Source: a virus. Taken from it: DNA of 45,088 nt. The notes beneath the pieces are model-generated. The model searched no databases, had not been told where the DNA came from, and saw only the letters and a program-made list of their open reading frames with translations. Shown piece after piece: positions 32,848 through 41,860 of this stretch; position 1 is the stretch's first letter, and every line of letters begins with the position of its first letter. The stretch covers positions 1-45,088 of the IMG/VR virus record IMGVR_UViG_3300038701_001628; one strand, written 5' to 3'. Made by a program: the position numbers and the translations under genes.

Positions 32848-34829
32848 TCTTCCTCCGTCAATAATGTTACAAGCTTCTCAGCTTGCTTGATGTACCACTC
32901 ATGATTTAGTGTATCGAATGTAACACCTTCGAGATTATTACACAACTCAACAGACCAACCAGTATTGATGCCTGTGCGACGTTCTTCATAAACGCTTTTA
33001 TTCTTAGTGTGTATACGCTCATCCCACACGTCTCCTACTTCTTCTAAGACAGTCTGGTACTGGAAGTCCGATATGCCATTCTTGCGTTTAAACGCACCCT
33101 CTGGTCCCGCAGGAGGCATGACCTTCTCAAGCGGTCTTCCTTCTGTTGATATGAAATATCGAACGATGTTGCTGACTTGTTCTCCACCCCATTCAAGTCG
33201 AGTAGACCTGGGTACTTTTGCTCGTAGAAAGAAATCAAAGATGTCATCGTGCCCAGCGATAAAGGACCGAATGTCAGCACCGTGTACAAGCGCAGCTTCA
33301 GCAGCCTTTGGTACAATGATTGCTGAGTGGTTTTGGTGCCAACCGAGTTCGTATTCATATGCGCCTTTCCGTTTCAGATCGCCACTGGTGTATTCTGCAA
33401 TATAATTATTCACATCTCGAATAAACATACGCGAGTATTCAGCAGCTTCAAGTTCAAGATTGGTTAAGTTTTCCCACCATGATTGGACTTGCTCAATCCA
33501 GGGTTTCAATGAGCGTGGGCATCGAATGGTCAGACCATCAGTGTTAATCTGAATCATTTGAACATCTGGTGAATTCATCAGTGCTTCAGCTAACATACAC
33601 AGAAGAAGCTGTCCATTAATCGTAATCGACATTGTGTACTGGGGGTCATAGAATGGTGAGTATTTGTTATTCGAATCCCCGTAAACCCCGTTGAGTGCCA
33701 GCTTTAGCATCGCATTGATCGCCGGGAATTCTTTCTTCGGGTGTGCTTTACGCATTTCGTAAACGTCACTGTACACTTTGTAAAAAGTTGAACCCAAATG
33801 GGCAGGATAAAACTTATTTGCAATTGCAAGGTTCGGGTAGTAGCTGGCAACATCCAGATCAATGATAATAAATTCTTCATCTGAACTCACAATCGATGAT
33901 TCAATTGACCCGTGAATACCACCTGTACCGAAGTCGAAATTAAATCCATTCACATTACAACTAATGTCTTTAAACACACCTTTGGTTTCAGTGATTACTT
34001 GAGACTTGAACCAATCAAGAATGCGGTTAAACTCAGGATCAGAAAAGCTAACGCAAGGGAGAATAACATCAGACAAATCAATTTTATCACGGATCGTTTG
34101 CACCATCTGGCGGCGACCATTGGAGTAATTATAGCAACACCCTGGCGCGACTTTCTCCAACTCCATGATGAAGTAGTCTTTACCAATCTTTGTATCATTG
34201 TGATTGATGAAGTTCTTGTCGTATTTATTAGTGAGTTCTTCGCGGAATTGAATTTGCTCTTTAGTTTCATGATAAAAATCCACAGTAGCATCAACGTCGT
34301 GATCGTTGTATTTACACAGTACATCTATCTGATCACTGGTCAACTCGGTACCAACGTCGAAAGGAAGATCTTCAATGTTATTCATTCGCATGTTGAACTC
34401 AAGCACTTTTAAGCTGGTAGCTCGTGCAACATTATCGAAGTGATGAATTTTAAAAAGATCTATTTGAGGAACTAACCAATCACTTTCCCACACCATGTGT
34501 GTGAACCTGGCGTTATGTTGTGCGTTGATGATTGACATTGCCTTGTCATAAATATCTTTGTAAGTAATCAGTGCATTCTGATTCTGTGCAATAAAGTGAA
34601 CCACCGGGTAATCGAATCCGATGTTGTTGAACCCCACCCATCGGTTACCGTTAATGCGACAGTAGTTGATGAACTGAACCATGAGAACAATGTCATTGCG
34701 GCGCGGTGAGATCTCAAACGCCCAGCGACGATCGAGATCCACATGACGACATCGAAACGTAAAGACATTTGGGTATGTTTCGATGTCGTAGGCGATGTCG
34801 CCAGTTGGCAGGTTAAATAGAAATTCCAT
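32844..34829 (-). CDS. DNA polymerase with 3'-5' exonuclease domain (family-B-like motifs)
   Basis: Exo I YDIETY, Exo II GFNNIGFDYP, Exo III YNDHDVD. Pol motif A DLDVASYYPNL, motif B KLALNGVYGDS, motif C QINTDGL. Confidence 0.8.
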   Translation of the reverse strand: MEFLFNLPTGDIAYDIETYPNVFTFRCRHVDLDRRWAFEISPRRNDIVLMVQFINYCRINGNRWVGFNNIGFDYPVVHFIAQNQNALITYKDIYDKAMSIINAQHNARFTHMVWESDWLVPQIDLFKIHHFDNVARATSLKVLEFNMRMNNIEDLPFDVGTELTSDQIDVLCKYNDHDVDATVDFYHETKEQIQFREELTNKYDKNFINHNDTKIGKDYFIMELEKVAPGCCYNYSNGRRQMVQTIRDKIDLSDVILPCVSFSDPEFNRILDWFKSQVITETKGVFKDISCNVNGFNFDFGTGGIHGSIESSIVSSDEEFIIIDLDVASYYPNLAIANKFYPAHLGSTFYKVYSDVYEMRKAHPKKEFPAINAMLKLALNGVYGDSNNKYSPFYDPQYTMSITINGQLLLCMLAEALMNSPDVQMIQINTDGLTIRCPRSLKPWIEQVQSWWENLTNLELEAAEYSRMFIRDVNNYIAEYTSGDLKRKGAYEYELGWHQNHSAIIVPKAAEAALVHGADIRSFIAGHDDIFDFFLRAKVPRSTRLEWGGEQVSNIVRYFISTEGRPLEKVMPPAGPEGAFKRKNGISDFQYQTVLEEVGDVWDERIHTKNKSVYEERRTGINTGWSVELCNNLEGVTFDTLNHEWYIKQAEKLVTLLTEEE

Positions 34830-35014
34830 TAATCACACACCACTAATTCGCCATCTTCATTTTTGCTAAGGTATATTGAATTACTTGAACCCTTCAGTCT
34901 AACACTATCAACAAGAGCATCATCATCAATGTTCAAACTATCGAGCAACCCTTTCAACTTACCAACTGTAAGTTTTTCAGAAGGGTACTCTGTTACTATT
35001 TCATCATACTTCAA
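34829..35014 (-). CDS. hypothetical protein
   Basis: 61-aa ORF coupled at both ends (4-nt overlap with mazG, 1-nt overlap with pol). Confidence 0.55.
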   Translation of the reverse strand: MKYDEIVTEYPSEKLTVGKLKGLLDSLNIDDDALVDSVRLKGSSNSIYLSKNEDGELVVCD

Positions 35015-35616
35015 AATTTCTTACCTCCAACTTCAGCACGGTTCTCGCGCTTATGATCAGAACGACTCGCATTGTAAGAAAGCTTCTCTTCAACAGCACC
35101 ATGAAGATCATACTTCTGCAACCTGGCCACAATGATGATGGTGTCGATGAGTGCCGAGTACATAACTGAGTCTGGACCAAAATCGCTGGTCTTAAGAAAC
35201 CCGCAACCAAATGCAACAGCACCGCATGATATCAAGAAGTGTAGTCCAGCAGGTTCATCCAGGTTAGCAGTGAACTCGTCTTCCATCTGATCAACTGCGT
35301 CAGTCTCTTCATACACCAAACCACAATGAGCACCGAGATCTACAGTGCGTATGAGCGCGTCAGCAAGCTCCACTTCTTCCATCTTGCGATGGGGTAGGTG
35401 ATCATCCATCAGGTCTTTACGAGCACCCTCGGTGGCTTCAGCGACCTCAGTAAGAATGAGTTGAGCTGTCGTCATTAAACAACGATTAGGATTATCCCAC
35501 CAGCCGACTTCTTTATTCTGAGTGTAGACTCGGGTTGCTAGTTCGTTAATGTAATCTTGGTCTAGTTCTTGCATTGGGTTCTCCTGATTTTTAATTAATG
35601 GGTTTGGTCGAATCAC
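35011..35616 (-). CDS. mazG: MazG-like nucleotide pyrophosphohydrolase
   Basis: LTEVAEATEGARKD and MEEVELADALIRTVDL (the ExxE...ExxD metal-binding helices of MazG). Confidence 0.7.
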   Translation of the reverse strand: MIRPNPLIKNQENPMQELDQDYINELATRVYTQNKEVGWWDNPNRCLMTTAQLILTEVAEATEGARKDLMDDHLPHRKMEEVELADALIRTVDLGAHCGLVYEETDAVDQMEDEFTANLDEPAGLHFLISCGAVAFGCGFLKTSDFGPDSVMYSALIDTIIIVARLQKYDLHGAVEEKLSYNASRSDHKRENRAEVGGKKF

Positions 35617-35768
35617 ACAGTGTTAACCGTTATGACCGTCCGACTATCGTCTCGTCCTCAACCCGGTGGACCTCATTACAGGGATAGTTCCCGTCGCGCC
35701 GTTAGACTCTCATGCGCAATAAGCTAGTTTTACGACAGTAGGGATGTCAGCCAGCCTGCTTAAACTTT

Positions 35769-36503
35769 TTAAGCGAACGATGTCGCTATGATTCCAAACT
35801 TAGCTCGTAAGTCTGCTTCACTCAGCACCTCTTGACCACAGTAGAAATAACCCGGTGCCGATGGGTGAGCAGTCCAACCTTCAGGTGGGAACTGTGGGGC
35901 AGAGACAGGTGGCGCAACTGGGGGTGGTGTAGGAGCCACTGGTGCACCTGCTGCAGGTGTCGCAGGTGCGACCTCACAGTCAGCAAACATCTGCTCAGGT
36001 GTTGCTTTATTATCAAAGCGACCAAGAGGACATTCACCACCAGTCAACATGACACCATTAAGCCACCCGCCGATGCCACCCTTACCGTCAGAGTAACCAG
36101 TGATACCACAGGCAACCCAACATTCAGCACCAGGGTAGGCTGCAGCGGGGTCCATAACAGGTTGCATATTAGCGTCAACGACACTGGGTCGATCGTTCTC
36201 TTTAGCTGACAAAGTCAAACAGTAGTAGCCTGAAAACTTCGCGTCATAGTAAGCCTTACCTGCACACTTGGTGTCGTATGGTATGAAAGCTTTACGCAAG
36301 TCAGCAGGTGCACCTGATGGGTACTTGTTGGCAATCTCGGCGTTTTGAATACCTTCGATTGTTGCAATCTGTGGGTCACCCGGTGGAAACATAAGATCCA
36401 TTGTGAACCGCTTCTTATCACCCATTGGATTACCTTGCGCATTACGCGCATAGTCAGCGGTGAAGATCTGTGGAAAAGAAATAAAGCCTTTAAACTTGTA
36501 CAT
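35769..36503 (-). CDS. ssDNA-binding protein, gp2.5/DUF2815-like
   Basis: The N-terminus MYKFKGFISFPQIFTA... and its position next to a DUF2800-type nuclease fit this family. Pro-rich linker and C-terminal ...ATSFA tail. Confidence 0.5.
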   Translation of the reverse strand: MYKFKGFISFPQIFTADYARNAQGNPMGDKKRFTMDLMFPPGDPQIATIEGIQNAEIANKYPSGAPADLRKAFIPYDTKCAGKAYYDAKFSGYYCLTLSAKENDRPSVVDANMQPVMDPAAAYPGAECWVACGITGYSDGKGGIGGWLNGVMLTGGECPLGRFDNKATPEQMFADCEVAPATPAAGAPVAPTPPPVAPPVSAPQFPPEGWTAHPSAPGYFYCGQEVLSEADLRAKFGIIATSFA

Positions 36504-36512
36504 TGAGTTCTC

Positions 36513-37949
36513 CTAAAAGAATGATATTGGTTGTTCAGGTTCTGATTGTACATCCTTCGTTGTACTTTGTGCAACATCTTCATCAATAATTTTTTGTATT
36601 GATGCAGTATCGTCAGTGGTCCCATTTCCTGCGGGTTCTTCAAACAAAGAAGGTGAAGGTACATCTTTGAACATGTCTTCAGCGCTGACCTTCTGCTTCT
36701 CACGAGAAACTTTTGTAAGTCTTAGTTTACCGGCTTTGTGAGTGATATAGTCTTTCTCGATGCGTTTTTTCTGAGCATCATCGAGACAATCCAACTTCAA
36801 CACTTGCGCAGGACTGATCAGTTTCGGTGGAAAGATCTGGTCTTTCTTCAAGCGTCGAGCCTTCAACATTTTAGCAATGTTCTCTTCACTGTCATTCCAG
36901 ACATTAGAACCGCGTCCAGGTTGCAATGCGTAACCCGGTACCGTCTCGCCACTTTCAAGTCGTGTGTTAATCTCAGCTTCAACTTTTTCAAATATCGCTT
37001 CGATCCCAGCACGAGCGTCAGCAAGTTCCGACAACTGGTCAACTGTCAACTCTTTTACTTTATCTAATGACTGACCAACCAATTCAAATAAACTGGTTCC
37101 ATCAGTCGCAATCACATCTGTGGTCATAGTTTTCACCGTTTCTAAACTGCGCCCTGATTCAGCAGTGCAGTTTGATTTATGTTTACACCATCGACAGTAC
37201 CCCTTACCACCTTTACTGTCAGGTATCAATGGTGCTTCGGGGTCATCGGTGGCACGAGCAGCATGAGCCAGTTTCTCAGCTTCAGCAATGATGTATGTTG
37301 CTGTTGTGTCCTCATACCTAACAACTGGGTCAGTCTTGGGTTGCACGATTGTCATCCGACAAGGTCCAACTTGTTCAGGTCTGAATGGTCGACAAAGGTC
37401 AGGACCACTGGCGACAAATGGTCGAAGCTTCCCAGCAAGGTAGCTGATTAACTGAGTGTTACCTGGCACATGAACCCATCCGCGACCATCTTTATAGTCA
37501 CAGACTTCAAGGAATAAACACTTACCGTGATTATTTACAGCACTGATTGTAATATCCACCGTGCCCCACCAGTCGCCACGACCAAACATGCCACCAACAT
37601 CGGCTTTACTTTCAGTTTCGACTTTGACAGTGCTGCCAGGGTAGGCATCACGCAACTCACGCACACGACGCGACACATAGTCCAAGCACATCTGCACTCG
37701 TTCAATACGGTCCTCACTGACCAACCACCCCATTGGATTATCTGGGTGGTTACAGCCGATAACTTGACCATCATAAGTGTCAGCACGTACACCATTCTGC
37801 AAGCATAACTCTAACAGCAAGTGACTACCGGTTCCGTCGATGGCAGCTTCGCCAGGGATATCCTCGTAAGCTGCTTCTTCACGAACGGAGCCGGGGCAGT
37901 TCGGCCAGCGATGATTGCTTGGTCCTAATCTTGCATGTCCCTCACTCAC
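36513..37949 (-). CDS. PD-(D/E)XK (Cas4/DUF2800-like) exonuclease
   Basis: GPSNHRWPNCPGSVRE, LEVCDYKDGRG (D..D/ExK) and the Cys cluster CRWCKHKSNC. Confidence 0.7.
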   Translation of the reverse strand: MSEGHARLGPSNHRWPNCPGSVREEAAYEDIPGEAAIDGTGSHLLLELCLQNGVRADTYDGQVIGCNHPDNPMGWLVSEDRIERVQMCLDYVSRRVRELRDAYPGSTVKVETESKADVGGMFGRGDWWGTVDITISAVNNHGKCLFLEVCDYKDGRGWVHVPGNTQLISYLAGKLRPFVASGPDLCRPFRPEQVGPCRMTIVQPKTDPVVRYEDTTATYIIAEAEKLAHAARATDDPEAPLIPDSKGGKGYCRWCKHKSNCTAESGRSLETVKTMTTDVIATDGTSLFELVGQSLDKVKELTVDQLSELADARAGIEAIFEKVEAEINTRLESGETVPGYALQPGRGSNVWNDSEENIAKMLKARRLKKDQIFPPKLISPAQVLKLDCLDDAQKKRIEKDYITHKAGKLRLTKVSREKQKVSAEDMFKDVPSPSLFEEPAGNGTTDDTASIQKIIDEDVAQSTTKDVQSEPEQPISFF

Positions 37950-38413
37950 GCCGTTACCGCCTTCACTTTATCAATGACTGCCTGATACTGGTCAGCTTTT
38001 AACTCGGTGATTGATTGAACACCAAACTCACGCAACACAGCGTCAATGGGGTCACGTTTACCAAGTCGCTTAAACTCGGTGACCAGCGCCGCATTTAACT
38101 CATCGGCTGTCATTGTCGCTGCAGGCGCAGGGGGTGTACTGGGCGCGGAAACCGGAGCAGCAGATGGTACCGTCTCCGTCACAGGTGGTGCAGGCGTAAC
38201 CGGTGCCGCTGGGGTGGTGGTATTCTGGGTAGGGTTCCCAGGAGGTGGCGTAACCGTCTCCGCTGCAGATGGGGCAGATGGTGGTACCGGAGGCTTTGGG
38301 GCGACAATTTCATCAACCTCACTCTGTGACACTGCGCCACCGATGTGGTCAAGCTTGGCCAAAATACCTTCAAGTGAATCAGCGATTCGTTTTAGGTTGT
38401 TCTCGATGCTCAT
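37946..38413 (-). CDS. hypothetical protein with long Pro/Ala/Thr-rich linker
   Basis: 155-aa ORF with ATGA coupling on both sides. Confidence 0.55.
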   Translation of the reverse strand: MSIENNLKRIADSLEGILAKLDHIGGAVSQSEVDEIVAPKPPVPPSAPSAAETVTPPPGNPTQNTTTPAAPVTPAPPVTETVPSAAPVSAPSTPPAPAATMTADELNAALVTEFKRLGKRDPIDAVLREFGVQSITELKADQYQAVIDKVKAVTA

Positions 38414-38586
38414 GATTTTTCCTTCTTGGGTTTAATTGTTAATCGTTCCTCATTGTGAGCAACAATCATGTTGCGTAGCACAACTTGGTGTGGGATCTCT
38501 TTGGCTCTACACTTCTCAATGAACGTGGATTTATCACCCTCATTGATACGCATGTCCAGCCGATCGTCTAGTGGTTTATCGGACAA
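38410..38586 (-). CDS. ribbon-helix-helix (CopG/MobC-like) regulator, TTG start
   Basis: My translation is (M)SDKPLDDRLDMRINEGDKSTFIEKCRAKEIPHQVVLRNMIVAHNEERLTIKPKKEKS. GGAGG lies 9 nt upstream of the TTG, and the stop overlaps the next ATG (ATGA). Not in the ORF track (58 aa). Confidence 0.5.
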   Translation of the reverse strand: MSDKPLDDRLDMRINEGDKSTFIEKCRAKEIPHQVVLRNMIVAHNEERLTIKPKKEKS

Positions 38587-38627
38587 GGGAAGATGCCTCC
38601 GTTGAAATTATTGAAACGTGCCAGCAC

Positions 38628-38656
38628 AGTGTACGACTAAATACAACAAAGTACAA
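38628..38656 (-). promoter_or_regulatory. weak sigma70-like promoter for the replication operon
   Basis: Minus strand reads TTGTAC, 17 nt, TACACT. It overlaps the inverted repeat ACAAC-g-GTTGT (38653-38663) and TACAAC direct repeats 10 nt apart. Confidence 0.25.
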
Positions 38657-38768
38657 CGGTTGTTAAAAAGTTTTTATTCAGGCATAATTGACAAGCTATC
38701 TGTATAAATAACCTTATAATTTAGACGTGAGGAATTCGTCATGTAAACTTTCCGCCAAATTTTAGACA

Positions 38769-38794
38769 TAAAAAAGCCGCCCTTGTGAGGCGGC
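38769..38794 (-). terminator. intrinsic terminator oriented on the minus strand
   Basis: GCCGCC-7 nt-GGCGGC, followed on the minus strand by TTTTTTAT. No U-tract on the plus side. Confidence 0.6.
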
Positions 38795-38850
38795 GAAAGA
38801 TGAGAACAACCCAATGAAACTCAACTATAGTATAAGGTAGTGCAAACAAT

Positions 38851-41460
38851 ATGCCAAGTAATTTAGAATTTCTAACTGCACTATTCGGAGACAACGCACC
38901 CTGGGTTCATGTTACTGATTTTCCTTACGATCCTGCCAACATTCCAAGCGAACGACACTTAGCGGCATGGAAGGGTGACTACTTTAGTCGCTATCAGTTC
39001 CAGAATGGAACCAATCAATACTTCACAATAAGCAACTTTTATGCCGATGAAAAAGGTGTTGCTCGTAGACGTAAAGCGTTATTCCGACACACACCGGTGA
39101 TAGTCCTTGATGACGTGAAAGAAAAGTTATCAATGGATGAAGTGCAGAAATTACCCAAACCATCATGGATTCTCGAAACCTCGCCGGGTTCTGAGCAGTG
39201 GGGGTACATCTTATCTGAACCATGCACGAGTCGTGCCAGGGTGGAGAACTTACTTGACGGACTGGTCGCTAATGGTCTAGCTCCCGCTGGTAAAGATCCA
39301 GGTATGAAAGGCGTCACTCGTTACGTGCGCTTGCCTGAAGGTTACAATACTAAGTCAGCCAAGATGATTAATGGTCAACCATTTAAGTGTCAAATAACTG
39401 AATGGAACCCCTTTCACACGGTCACTCTTGAACAACTTGCAGCGCCCTTTCACGTAGACCTCGACGCTATTAGGCGTGATCAACGTGTCGATGGTGCTGC
39501 TCAGGTTGATGATCACCCATTACTGCAAATCCCAGACCTGATACGAATCAAGGAAGTGCGTAGTGAAGGTCGATTCGATTGTACATGTCCCTGGGTGGAC
39601 GAGCACACAGGTTGTGAGGATTCAGGTTCGGCGATTTTCACCAATGGTGATGGGTCGATAGGATTCAAATGTCATCATGGTGCTTGTCAAGACAGGACTG
39701 GGCGACATTTGCTTAACTTCATTGAAGAACAAGCACCGGGGTTTAGTCAAAAATTCAACAACTGGCAGATGGTCAATGCTTTTGCTGATGTTTCTAGCGT
39801 CTCATTTATGGGAGATTCTGAGAAACAAAGTGTAGAAAAGTGCACTTTAGGGTCCAAAAACGCGAATAATGAGCAGTTTAATGTACCTTATGAATCGGTA
39901 CCCCCGGTACCAGCACAACCCCAAGAACAAACCGAAGACATTATAAAGCAAGTATTGCGCCAACTCAGAGCTGAGATACCAGGGTCTCAACAGTCGATCG
40001 ATTTGGCATCCAAAATTCTGAAACAGATCGACTCGATGCCTGAGATACAGAAGATCACTTGGCACAATGATGTATGTGATGTTATGAAATGGTCTAAGCG
40101 CGACTTCGAGCGGATCATGAAGGATCTGCGCAGCACGTGGTATGAGGAATCACAGTCAAGCGTCAACTTCTTCGATGAAGTCATCTATGTAGCAGAGCAG
40201 AATCAATTCTTCGATCGCCGTAAGCGTATATGGTACACACCAGAGGCATACCAAAACACATACTCACATCTGGACCCTGAAGCCCGTAAGGAAGCGTTAC
40301 AGGGTGGTCGTGTCACCAAAGTGGACAAGGTGGACTACGCCCCTAAAAAACCTGCCGTGTTCGATGAGCGAGGTACCATTTACGGTAACGCTTGGCATGG
40401 CGACAGTGAGATGATGGGAGTGGAGGGTGATGTGTCCACATGGCTCGATCACTTCGACATTCTCGGGTGGGGTCAGTACCGTGACCACGTACTCAAGTGG
40501 ATGGCATGGACCATTGTCAACCCTGATATCAAGATCAACCATATGGTGTTACTTGGCAGCGGTGAGGGTTGCGGTAAAGACTGGCTGATGTATCCTTTAG
40601 TTAAGGCAATGGGTGATAACCATATGACAATCAGCGGGGAAGAACTGCTTGAAGGCTTTAACGACTACGTATTATCCACGAAACACCTACACATCAACGA
40701 AGCCGAGTTGGGCGACAGGAATGAAGCTGTTGCGGTATCGAGTAAACTTAAACCGTTGGCAGCAGCACCCCCAGAAAAATTACGAGTCAATCAAAAATCG
40801 GTCAAGAAGATCGAAGTACGGAACCTTCTAAGTGTCAGCATGACCACCAACTCCCAAACACCGGTGCGGTTAAGCGGTCACTCCCGTCGTATATTCGCAC
40901 TTTGGTCTGACTTAACCGTCAGAAATGACTGGGGTGAGATGAAGCAAGAGTGGAAAGACTTCTGGGGTGCTGCGTGGCCCTGGATGACCGATGGTGGATG
41001 GCAGCATTGTATCTGGTACTTACGCAATTGTGTTGACTTGTCGAACTTCAACCCTGGTGAGTCACCCCCTGTTACCGCATTCCTGCGTGACATTGTTGAC
41101 GCCAGCCGATCACCCCTACAGCAGACATTACAGCGGTTGATTATGACAGGTTTCGGTGTCTTCAAATCTGACTTGGTCACCAGTGAGGATATTGTCAACA
41201 CGATCAATGCTGGTATGAACTTCCATCCTGATATGATCTTTGTCAAGTCAGTACCTCAACCAAATCGCATCGGTCCCGCTTTGAAAGAGATGGGTGCACA
41301 TTATCGACTAGATGCCAAGACTGAGAATGACACTGCTTCATTGTGGGTGATACGCAACCATGATAAGTGGAGAAACTTCACTCCGTCCGAATTGATGCAC
41401 GAGTATCGTCGGATGGTTGGTGACTATAAATCAAATACACCTGTGAGTGTTGTGAAATGA
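38851..41460 (+). CDS. primase-helicase (prim-pol N-terminus, Zn-binding segment, P4/D5-type ATPase)
   Basis: VIVLDDV and ETSPGSEQWGYIL (primase core). CTCPWVDEHTGC...FKCHHGAC (zinc-binding). Walker A LLGSGEGCGKDW and Walker B LHINEAE. Confidence 0.8.
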   Translation: MPSNLEFLTALFGDNAPWVHVTDFPYDPANIPSERHLAAWKGDYFSRYQFQNGTNQYFTISNFYADEKGVARRRKALFRHTPVIVLDDVKEKLSMDEVQKLPKPSWILETSPGSEQWGYILSEPCTSRARVENLLDGLVANGLAPAGKDPGMKGVTRYVRLPEGYNTKSAKMINGQPFKCQITEWNPFHTVTLEQLAAPFHVDLDAIRRDQRVDGAAQVDDHPLLQIPDLIRIKEVRSEGRFDCTCPWVDEHTGCEDSGSAIFTNGDGSIGFKCHHGACQDRTGRHLLNFIEEQAPGFSQKFNNWQMVNAFADVSSVSFMGDSEKQSVEKCTLGSKNANNEQFNVPYESVPPVPAQPQEQTEDIIKQVLRQLRAEIPGSQQSIDLASKILKQIDSMPEIQKITWHNDVCDVMKWSKRDFERIMKDLRSTWYEESQSSVNFFDEVIYVAEQNQFFDRRKRIWYTPEAYQNTYSHLDPEARKEALQGGRVTKVDKVDYAPKKPAVFDERGTIYGNAWHGDSEMMGVEGDVSTWLDHFDILGWGQYRDHVLKWMAWTIVNPDIKINHMVLLGSGEGCGKDWLMYPLVKAMGDNHMTISGEELLEGFNDYVLSTKHLHINEAELGDRNEAVAVSSKLKPLAAAPPEKLRVNQKSVKKIEVRNLLSVSMTTNSQTPVRLSGHSRRIFALWSDLTVRNDWGEMKQEWKDFWGAAWPWMTDGGWQHCIWYLRNCVDLSNFNPGESPPVTAFLRDIVDASRSPLQQTLQRLIMTGFGVFKSDLVTSEDIVNTINAGMNFHPDMIFVKSVPQPNRIGPALKEMGAHYRLDAKTENDTASLWVIRNHDKWRNFTPSELMHEYRRMVGDYKSNTPVSVVK

Positions 41461-41669
41461 ACGCCCTATTAATTAACTGGCGAACCCCGGAAGGTGACCT
41501 TGTGGTCACCATAGGTTTATTGTTTGAGCAGGATGTTGAGTCCATTACGCTGTGTTCTGATCTAAGTGAAGACAAAGCTTATCGTGGAATAACTATTCAG
41601 AGAAGTATGATCTTAGATGTTACAGAAGTTGCGCCCCTGATGGAGCGCAGAGATGTTGTGTTAAATTAG
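41457..41669 (+). CDS. hypothetical protein
   Basis: 70-aa ORF with an ATGA overlap with the primase-helicase. Confidence 0.5.
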   Translation: MNALLINWRTPEGDLVVTIGLLFEQDVESITLCSDLSEDKAYRGITIQRSMILDVTEVAPLMERRDVVLN

Positions 41670-41860
41670 AATTTTCTTTTCTGTTTGACTGTGGTCATGT
41701 GCCACTTATTGCAGTGTGGACATTCGTAAGCACGTAACTTTTTATTGCTTTTATGGTTTATTCGATACTGACGCGGTGAATGTCCTTGATACGCTTTGAT
41801 TATTTTTATCTCCTTCTGCGCATCTGACTTTGTTTCGAAGGGTATCTTTTGGCATTTCAT
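41666..41860 (-). CDS. small basic zinc-ribbon protein
   Basis: KKLRAYECPHCNKWHMTT, 64 aa, Lys-rich. Confidence 0.5.
   Translation of the reverse strand: MKCQKIPFETKSDAQKEIKIIKAYQGHSPRQYRINHKSNKKLRAYECPHCNKWHMTTVKQKRKF

Noticed and set aside
30379-35616. A non-canonical nucleotide / DNA hypermodification pathway (MazG + dNMP kinase + dedicated polymerase)
   Set aside because: No PurZ, thymidylate-synthase-like, hydroxymethylase, glycosyltransferase or queuosine-type genes are visible. MazG and a dNMP kinase alone are common in phages with ordinary DNA.
35617-35768. tRNA or other known RNA gene in the replication-operon spacer
   Set aside because: No GTTCRANYC T-loop, no cloverleaf pairing and no stem longer than 4-5 bp found by eye. 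Kept only as a low-interest unexplained spacer.
36215-36703. Track ORF 36215..36703 (-), 162 aa, spanning the SSB/nuclease junction
   Set aside because: It is an alternative frame overlapping two well-supported genes, with a basic low-complexity translation and no RBS.
38688-38720. Perfect TTGACA and TATAAT hexamers upstream of the primase-helicase gene
   Set aside because: They are 21 nt apart, outside the 16-19 nt sigma70 window. It may still be a promoter with an activator, but I cannot support the call.
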